From the NCBI GenBank assembly GCA_018985225.1, contig JADGIF010000671.1, positions 1 through 5,333 on the forward strand: DNA of 5,333 nt, written 5' to 3'. This DNA is from Amoeboradix gromovi X-113 (lineage: Eukaryota > Fungi > Sanchytriomycota). Below are positions 1 to 5,333 of the stretch, piece after piece. The notes under the pieces are model-generated. The model did not search any database. It worked only from the letters and a program-made list of their open reading frames with translations, and was not told the origin of the DNA. The stretch's first letter is position 1. Each line of letters begins with the position of its first letter. A program made the translations under genes and the position numbers.

Positions 1-2
1 TC

Positions 3-257
3 AAAGAAATAGACAAGAGTAATGATGCTAGTATAACATTACAAAACGACTCTAGAAAAGAGTACCGTCTAAGAAAATGCACCTTTTGCTTAGATGCTCA
101 ACGACCTTGCATACTTGAAAGAGATAGTGGGTCGTCTTGTTATATTTTAAAAAGAGGAATACAATCAATGAAAGAAAATTGGTATAATAGAAGAAGATCT
201 TTTATTAATGATAGCATTTCCTCCGCATGGTGCACCTTTAAAAACGAGTTAGTCTAG
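3..257 (+). CDS. C-terminal 84 codons of a transposon-encoded protein, open from the window edge; putative divergent TnpB/Fanzor-family nuclease (Zn-finger CxxC plus RuvC-III-like motif)
   Basis: Frame +3 reads KEIDKSNDASITLQNDSRKEYRLRKCTFCLDAQRPCILERDSGSSCYILKRGIQSMKENWYNRRRSFINDSISSAWCTFKNELV* (TAG 255..257). CTFC (78..89) followed by ERDSGSSCYILKRG (117..158) parallels the TnpB/Fanzor pattern CxxC...xRDxNAAxNILxxG. Against copy 2, 9 codons differ synonymously, 8 non-synonymously, and the indels are frame-preserving, which supports coding status. The family call rests on motif resemblance only. Confidence 0.55.
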   Translation, partial: KEIDKSNDASITLQNDSRKEYRLRKCTFCLDAQRPCILERDSGSSCYILKRGIQSMKENWYNRRRSFINDSISSAWCTFKNELV

Positions 258-276
258 TTTTTATATTTGGTGTCCC
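153..276 (+). ncRNA. Candidate omegaRNA-like scaffold overlapping the 3' end of the putative Fanzor ORF (copy 1)
   Basis: Hand-folded stems: GAGGAAT (154..160) with ATTTCCTC (216..223); hairpin TAATAGAAGA-aga-TCTTTTATTA (185..207); terminal hairpin GGTGCACC (229..236) with GGTGTCCC (269..276) enclosing TAAAAAC with GTTTTTA. Equivalent pairings are kept in copy 2. The position at the element right end matches TnpB/Fanzor omegaRNAs. No expression evidence. Confidence 0.3.
247..276. repeat. Right terminal inverted repeat of copy 1 (30 bp)
   Basis: Identical to 4898..4927; reverse complement of 4433..4462 with one mismatch. Confidence 0.93.
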
Positions 277-545
277 AAGTAATTGCAGACATAAAATAAT
301 AGTCTTGGTTTCTATTCTCTGCCGCGAACAAACCTATTGTTCGATAGTTAAGTTATAAGAGGTATTATTAGCCAATGTTGAAGATTTGATTGTAAAAAGA
401 GAAATCGATAAAAATTTGCCGCCAAGATTTTAGGTGATAAAATATTAGACCCTTTCACTGTAGCAGATCTTCATTTTCGAGATATTCGTTTTATAACGTT
501 TGTCTTGCTTTTGTGGAGAGTCCCAATTCATTCTGTAACACGAAA

Positions 546-1754
546 ATGTCTGAAGCCAATCCATACCTTCAACACCGTCAGAAAGACCATGAAAAATCAA
601 GATATAACGATGACAACTTTGACAAAAACCTGATTCACAAGAAGAGATCAAAAGTACAGTTTAGATTCAACGAACCCGGTAAATATATACTAAAAGCCAA
701 GAAGCAAAAGTTGAACGAACGCATAGAGCAGCGGCAAGAAATTGCACACCTGAAAACCAAAGAAGATGAAAAATTGATTAGGCAGCACTGGTCCAGAGTA
801 CCAGTGCCACAGACTGAATGGTGGGACGCGGTACTTCTTTACCCAAACAAAAAATACGCTGATGTTGACTCTAAGTTTCAATTTGATAGGAAAGTTCCAC
901 AGTTGGCTACAGTGGAAGAGCCAAAGGGTACCATTCCAATAACTCACTTAATATTGCACCCATTGTTGCCAAATAGAGATGGTAGGCCGATAAAAATTCC
1001 AATGTATTTAACTAAGCCAGAAATAAAGAGAATGAGAAGACTGAGAAGACAAGAAACCCAGAAAGACCTACAGGATAAAATATTACTTGGTGAAATAGAA
1101 GATGAGCCAAAATTGACCTTGAAAAACTTCACAAAGGTACTAAGTCCAGAGGTATTGCAAGATCCAACAAAAGCGGAAGAAATGGTGTTAGACCAAGTAG
1201 ATTCAAGGCGGCAGAAACATGAGAAACATAATGAAGTGAACAAATTGACCAAAGAACAAAAAAGCGAAAAGATTAAAAGAAAATGGGAAAAAGACAAGAA
1301 GAATGGGCTGCATAGAATGGTGTTTAAACTGAAAAAGATGAACTACTCAATTAAAAACAAAATTGATTTAAATGCACAACAAATGCAGATGAATGGTTGT
1401 TTGATCTGGTATAAAGACGAAACTAAGCACGACGAATTCAGCTTGCTTGTCATTGAAGGTGGTAGGATTGCGTGTAATAGAATGTTCAATTTAATAAATA
1501 GACGCATAGATTGGAGCCATTTAGCAACTTCCAAAAACGACATGGAAATAGATGGCGAATCTGATGATGACATGAATATAGATCTGGTTTCAACTGAGTT
1601 TTATGAATTAAAATGGAAATCCAAAGTTAGTAAGTCAATATTCGTAGACAAGCTGGGTGATTTTAGAGTGAAGATGTGTAACGTAGATACCGTAAGCAAC
1701 TACTTGGAATACATTGGTGAAGAAATGCAAGCGTACTGGAAACTTATTCAGTAA
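546..1754 (+). CDS. PRP3: U4/U6 small nuclear ribonucleoprotein Prp3 (pre-mRNA splicing factor 3), about 402 aa
   Basis: Hallmark Prp3 motifs: NPYL, FRFNEPGKYI, EWWD, ITHLILHP, MYLTKPEIKRMRRLRR...QDKILLG...EPKLTLKNF..VL....QDPTKAE, HEKHN...KLTKEQK, KIDLNAQQMQMNG, LVIEGG, RRIDW, terminal YWKL. The ORF track starts at a GTG (513); the first ATG is 546 in an AAAATG context, the likely eukaryotic start. No PWI domain and no introns needed. Confidence 0.95.
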   Translation: MSEANPYLQHRQKDHEKSRYNDDNFDKNLIHKKRSKVQFRFNEPGKYILKAKKQKLNERIEQRQEIAHLKTKEDEKLIRQHWSRVPVPQTEWWDAVLLYPNKKYADVDSKFQFDRKVPQLATVEEPKGTIPITHLILHPLLPNRDGRPIKIPMYLTKPEIKRMRRLRRQETQKDLQDKILLGEIEDEPKLTLKNFTKVLSPEVLQDPTKAEEMVLDQVDSRRQKHEKHNEVNKLTKEQKSEKIKRKWEKDKKNGLHRMVFKLKKMNYSIKNKIDLNAQQMQMNGCLIWYKDETKHDEFSLLVIEGGRIACNRMFNLINRRIDWSHLATSKNDMEIDGESDDDMNIDLVSTEFYELKWKSKVSKSIFVDKLGDFRVKMCNVDTVSNYLEYIGEEMQAYWKLIQ

Positions 1755-2035
1755 ACAAAATGAATTAAAATTTAAAATTTGGCATTTACAAGAATTGTGA
1801 AAAAGATTTTATGAAAGCTAGACTGAGTAGGTTGAAATGGATGCATTTAGAAATGCAGTCGCTTTTATTGTGGCACTGTTTTATCGATACTATTGTTTTA
1901 ATCAACTTAATAATTTTACTTTGTATAACCTTGGCATGGAGACACTGAATAAACCTGTATCTTGAGTCACAGTAGTGGCACATACATCCTGTATTTCATC
2001 AACTCTGGTCAGTTAGAACAAACACACTTTATTTC

Positions 2036-4102
2036 TTATTTTTTTTGCCTCTTGTTCTTTTCTAACGCCATCTGATAGTCATTCTCATTGATGTCTACAT
2101 CTAGCCAAGATTCATCTTCCATTTGCCTCTTGTTCTTTTGAAGTGCCATCTGATAGTCGTTTTCATTGATGTCTACATCTAGCCAAGATTCTTCTGCATT
2201 TTTAACATTTTCCATCGCAATCTTTTGTGCCCGAATTAAATCGTTTTCATTTACTTCCACGTCCAACCAATCGTCTTCTTCGTTGGTCACTAAGTTTTGA
2301 ATGGTCTCCGAATTGCTAAAATTTAATTTACTCTGCCCTGGTATTAATTTAGGCACTTTAGGTATCTTTTCAGCTTTTAATTCATTTACAATTCCTGTGT
2401 ACTCTGCATCGACTTTTGACCTTTTGCCATCCATGCACTGGCTCACAATATTTTGTTTCCTGTTCAACAAGTTCCAGAGCTGCTTGTCAATTGTACCTTT
2501 ACCGATCAACACAATTGATTCTACTTGATTAAGTTGCCCTATTCGGTGACATCTATCCTCAGCTTGTGCCATGTCACTCCAAGACCATGTCATTTCCCCA
2601 AACACAACATGAGATGCTTTAGTAAGTGTGAGACCAGTGTTACATGCTTTAATACTTAACAAAGCAATTGGAATTGTAGAATCGTTTTGAAACTTGTCAA
2701 CGAGAGCTTGCCTCTTATCGGTTTTAGTATCACCATCAATAAGAATATAATCAGTATTGAGAAATTGGCAGAAGGACTCAATTTCTCTTAACATGGCTTG
2801 ATGGTGGCAAAAGAATAATATACCGTTTACAGGACACGTCACTCCTTCAACAGGGAAGTCATTGCACTCGTTGTAAACCTCTATCAGCTCTTGTAAATAG
2901 TCCTTAACAAATTGTACCTTTGCCAAACTTGTAGCACGATATAGTTGCAACCACAACTTATTTAAATCACCTTTGTTTGCCATTGCATCTTTAATAACTT
3001 CATCTTCTGACTGCTTCTTACTCTTAGACTTCATTTGGTCTAAAATAGTAGTACAGGTTTGAAGTAAAAGTGGATCTATTTCTCTGATCACACAAGTTCT
3101 GTTTTTAGCTTCTAACTCAAGTAAATCATCCTTTGTGCGGCGGATCATTACATCCCTAAGAACATAATACAACTCATCCTCATTTTTGCTGCCAGTATAT
3201 ATCTTGGTACTGTAGCCGGCGGGATTTCTAAACTCACGAACATACGCGTAACGGGTAGCAAACTGGTTCTTGTCTTTAATGTAATCTGGTCTACATATGT
3301 TCAATTGAGTAAAGAGTTCCTCAATCTTTCCAGTTATTGGCGTCCCGCTTATTAAAATAGTGTATTCGCAGTGCCTCAAGATAACTTTCATTCCTTTGTA
3401 TCTAATGGTACCATTATTCTTTACGCTGTGGGCTTCATCCAGAATACCAAATTTAAATTTCTTCAAAAACTTGCTAGAATTGCGGGCACTTAAGTCCACG
3501 GTGGCTAAAATAATCTTCTTCATGCCCAGTTTAAGATCTGGTAGTATTTTGTCTAAGTCAGTGCCTTTTCTTATCTTTAGTATATTTTGCTGTCCGATAT
3601 TAGTCCATTTCATTACTTCATTGTACCAATTATCTAACAATGACGCTGGAGTGCTTATTAGTACTGGCCATTTATCCAACAAGCAAATGCTAGCAATTGT
3701 TTGAATAGTCTTTCCAAGACCCATGTCATCACTCAGCATAATCTTTTTAGATTGCAAAAGACATTTGCAGGTTAGCCATTGGAAATTATGAACATTTTTA
3801 GGATTTTTTAGCAAATGCAAAATGTTTTCATTCTGCTGAAAGTTCAATTCCTCCTGTAAAGACACGTTTCTTGGCAAAGGCTTGCATTTCTCAAATTGCA
3901 CAGGCAACCTTTCTATTTTGAAGTTAGCGTTATTAAAAAACTTGGGATACTGATCAACTCCAGTTTTGTACAACTTCAGACTGTGGTCATATTTGCAGAG
4001 CTTTTGGATTTCATGGATATACTTCTTGTTTATTATTTCAATGCCCAGGTAGAACGCTTGGTCTTTTTGAATAACTTTGAGCCTCACATCAACGGATGAC
4101 AT
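2036..4102 (-). CDS. SMARCAL1: SMARCAL1/HARP (ZRANB3-related) SNF2-family annealing helicase / fork-remodelling ATPase, about 688 aa
   Basis: SNF2 motifs with SMARCAL1-subfamily flavour: SDDMGLGKTIQ (Walker A), WPVLISTPASL, DEAH, ILISGTP, MIRRTK, FCHHQAML, IDGDT, ALLSIKACNTGLTLT, QAEDRCHRIGQ. The N-terminal EIQKLCKYDHSLKLYKTGVDQY resembles a single degenerate HARP repeat. No ZRANB3-type HNH or NZF domain is visible. The ORF track starts at a TTG (4126); the first ATG is 4102. Confidence 0.85.
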   Translation of the reverse strand: MSSVDVRLKVIQKDQAFYLGIEIINKKYIHEIQKLCKYDHSLKLYKTGVDQYPKFFNNANFKIERLPVQFEKCKPLPRNVSLQEELNFQQNENILHLLKNPKNVHNFQWLTCKCLLQSKKIMLSDDMGLGKTIQTIASICLLDKWPVLISTPASLLDNWYNEVMKWTNIGQQNILKIRKGTDLDKILPDLKLGMKKIILATVDLSARNSSKFLKKFKFGILDEAHSVKNNGTIRYKGMKVILRHCEYTILISGTPITGKIEELFTQLNICRPDYIKDKNQFATRYAYVREFRNPAGYSTKIYTGSKNEDELYYVLRDVMIRRTKDDLLELEAKNRTCVIREIDPLLLQTCTTILDQMKSKSKKQSEDEVIKDAMANKGDLNKLWLQLYRATSLAKVQFVKDYLQELIEVYNECNDFPVEGVTCPVNGILFFCHHQAMLREIESFCQFLNTDYILIDGDTKTDKRQALVDKFQNDSTIPIALLSIKACNTGLTLTKASHVVFGEMTWSWSDMAQAEDRCHRIGQLNQVESIVLIGKGTIDKQLWNLLNRKQNIVSQCMDGKRSKVDAEYTGIVNELKAEKIPKVPKLIPGQSKLNFSNSETIQNLVTNEEDDWLDVEVNENDLIRAQKIAMENVKNAEESWLDVDINENDYQMALQKNKRQMEDESWLDVDINENDYQMALEKNKRQKK
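2044..2280 (-). repeat. Coding tandem repeat in the helicase C-terminal tail (78-bp / 26-aa period)
   Basis: 2044..2113 and 2122..2191 are near-identical (ESWLDVDINENDYQMAL[Q/E]KNKRQ); a third degenerate unit EEDDWLDVEVNEND lies at about 2240..2280. Confidence 0.92.
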
Positions 4103-4432
4103 GAATTTAAAACGTGCGGGAACCAATTTTTAATTTCATTACAAAAAAATTACCAGTAACGAATGCTATCCTCAAGAAAAAGTCCTGGTTTAATAGGAAA
4201 TTAAGGATTCCACAGAAACACAGACTCAAAGGCGAGATTGAATAAGGATGCATTTAGTATATTTTCCTTGCTAATATACGGTCTCTATTTGCTTCCAAAT
4301 GACATTTTGAATTAACACACAACCCGAAATTGGTTTTCTTTAGAGTGAACCTTTTCTACATTTGACTAGAGAACGATTCATTTAATTCTGCCAATGCCTT
4401 TCATATTTCTTACACTTTAGTATTAAGCATTG

Positions 4433-4462
4433 GGGACATCAAATATAAAAACTAGACTAACT
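4433..4462. repeat. Left terminal inverted repeat of copy 2 (30 bp), preceded by TSD ATTG (4429..4432)
   Basis: Reverse complement of 4898..4927 except T4439 versus G4921. Confidence 0.93.
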
Positions 4463-4471
4463 TTCTGTAAC

Positions 4472-4508
4472 AACTTGGAACATTATTCAAACTTGGAACA
4501 TTATTCAA
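4472..4508. repeat. Perfect 18-bp tandem duplication, subterminal to the left TIR
   Basis: AACTTGGAACATTATTCA at 4472..4489 and again at 4490..4507. Confidence 0.9.
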
Positions 4509-4641
4509 GAGGCGAGTGGACATTCAGCTAGTTGCGGAGTTGACGAGTATAAAAGGAAAATAAATAACTTTTTGTATCGAAATTTCAAAAATAAATATTC
4601 TGTACAGCTATTCTCTTACTCTTTCATCCAATCTTTACTTC

Positions 4642-4908
4642 AAATAAAATATCACTATTATAGACAAGAGTAATGATGTTAGTATAACATTACAAAATGA
4701 CTCTAGAAAAGAGTACCGTCTAAGAAAATGCACCTTTTGCTTAGATGCTCAAAGACCTCATATATTTGAAAGAGATGCAGGGTCTTCTAGTTTTATTTTG
4801 AAAAGAGGAATACAATCAATGAAAGAGAATTGGTATAATAAAAGATCTTTTATTAATGACAGTATATCCTCTGTATGGTGCACCTCCTTTAAAAACGAGT
4901 TAGTCTAG
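4642..4908 (+). pseudogene. Truncated remnant of the transposon ORF (putative TnpB/Fanzor C-terminus) in copy 2
   Basis: K*NITIIDKSNDVSITLQNDSRKEYRLRKCTFCLDAQRPHIFERDAGSSSFILKRGIQSMKENWYNKRSFINDSISSVWCTSFKNELV* (TAG 4906..4908). The in-frame TAA at 4645..4647 corresponds to GAA (6..8) in copy 1. The element is too short to hold a full nuclease. Confidence 0.6.
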
Positions 4909-4927
4909 TTTTTATATTTGGTGTCCC
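4804..4927 (+). ncRNA. Candidate omegaRNA-like scaffold (copy 2)
   Basis: AGAGGAATAC (4804..4813) pairs with GTATATCCTCT (4862..4872) with one bulge. It encloses TCAAT/ATTGG (4816..4833) and the perfect palindrome TAATAAAAGATCTTTTATTA (4836..4855). A terminal hairpin GGTGCACC...TAAAAAC/GTTTTTA...GGTGTCCC runs to 4927. Hand folding only. Confidence 0.3.
4898..4927. repeat. Right terminal inverted repeat of copy 2 (30 bp), followed by TSD ATTG (4928..4931)
   Basis: Identical to 247..276. Confidence 0.93.
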
Positions 4928-5333
4928 ATTGCTATAATGAATGACGTTATCTGCTTCCTGGTGTCGAAAAGCATCAAATATTGCCATTTAAATAAAGACT
5001 TTTGTATCGCTTAGGGATTTCTTTAGCTTTAAAATATTTTCGCTACCATTATATGCAGGCATTTGCCATAAATGAGAAAAAATGAATGTCCAATTTTTTC
5101 TCAATATGAAAATTAGAGAAAGACCACTGGTTAGAAAGATAAAATTCATGTCATCTTGAAAAATGATGAATTCAATTAAAACGAAGTCCTATTATTTCAG
5201 CTTAACTAATAACACTGCCAACTTCACTCATACGGTGGATCTATCAAGGGAACCACTAGGTTACCCATTATCATTAATTCATCATACCCAACACAACAAA
5301 GAAACAAAAAGAGCAAAAAAAGACGATAATGAC

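Larger units (their letters stand above)
1..276 (+). mobile_element. Right-hand part of a TIR DNA transposon (copy 1), truncated by the left window edge; same family as 4433..4927
   Basis: 9..276 aligns with 4660..4927 (about 92% identity by my count: 21 substitutions plus two 3-nt indels). It ends in the same 30-bp TIR (247..276, AGTTAGTCTAGTTTTTATATTTGGTGTCCC), and similarity stops one base later. Confidence 0.9.
4433..4927 (+). mobile_element. Complete 495-bp non-autonomous TIR DNA transposon (MITE-like internal-deletion derivative; Sola2-like termini), copy 2
   Basis: Left TIR 4433..4462 (GGGACATCAAATATAAAAACTAGACTAACT) and right TIR 4898..4927 are 29/30 complementary. The flanking direct repeat ATTG at 4429..4432 and 4928..4931 is a 4-bp TSD. 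A second copy of the right half lies at 9..276. No transposase ORF is present. 5'-GRG/CYC-3' termini with a 4-bp TSD are described for Sola2; the superfamily call is tentative. Confidence 0.92.

Noticed and set aside
254-258. CTAG-T as a Helitron 3' end
   Set aside because: Homology continues 19 nt beyond it, and the motif is internal to a TIR flanked by a TSD, which Helitrons lack.
513-545. GTG start for PRP3 (and TTG start at 4126 for the helicase)
   Set aside because: The genes are eukaryotic; in-frame ATGs lie just downstream, at 546 and 4102.
523-545. CCC motif shortly upstream of both ATGs (microsporidian-type promoter signal)
   Set aside because: A 3-mer in two genes is too weak to support a regulatory or taxonomic call.
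445-1573. Minus-strand ORFs 445..651, 690..947, 944..1297 and 1343..1573
   Set aside because: Antisense shadows of PRP3 with no recognisable motifs.
1752-1763. Non-standard code with TAA/TAG read as Gln
   Set aside because: About 1,090 codons in two genes contain no internal TAA/TAG, and Prp3 ends at its expected YW motif.
1786-1983. 65-aa minus-strand ORF with a CHYC motif
   Set aside because: No recognisable domain; short, in the helicase 3' region; likely spurious.
2044-2191. CRISPR-like array
   Set aside because: In-frame coding repeat without unique spacers, in a eukaryotic gene.
2301-4099. Plus-strand ORFs 2301..2528, 3360..3704 and 3896..4099
   Set aside because: Antisense shadows of the helicase gene.
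1-4928. The two ~270-bp direct repeats as LTRs of a retroelement
   Set aside because: No TG...CA ends, the interior holds host genes rather than gag/pol, and each repeat is explained as part of a TIR element.
4140-5333. A host gene interrupted by the insertion, or a gene end at the right window edge
   Set aside because: After removing the element, the minus-strand frames I read still contain frequent stops, and the ORF track shows nothing here; the A-rich stretch near 5290..5321 gives only short hydrophobic peptides.

Overview
AT-rich, intron-free eukaryotic DNA read in the standard code; the organism cannot be identified from this window. Two convergent housekeeping genes occupy the centre: the U4/U6 snRNP splicing factor Prp3 (+, ATG 546..1754) and a SMARCAL1/HARP-family SNF2 ATPase (-, ATG 4102..2036) whose tail carries acidic Trp-containing tandem repeats. 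They are bracketed by two directly oriented copies of a DNA transposon that the ORF track misses. The right copy is complete and non-autonomous: 495 bp (4433..4927), with 30-bp TIRs (5'-GGG...CCC-3') and a 4-bp ATTG target-site duplication. The left copy (1..276) is the right end of a sibling that runs off the window. The shared ~270 bp encodes the C-terminus of a protein with CxxC followed by ERD(S/A)GSSx(Y/F)ILKRG. This resembles the zinc-finger/RuvC-III end of TnpB/Fanzor RNA-guided nucleases, and it is followed by conserved hairpin-forming sequence ending exactly at the element terminus, as expected for an omegaRNA scaffold. Best hypothesis (inference, not database-confirmed): a divergent Fanzor/OMEGA system in a Sola2-like TIR transposon, with a non-autonomous copy that could still supply an omegaRNA with a different guide.
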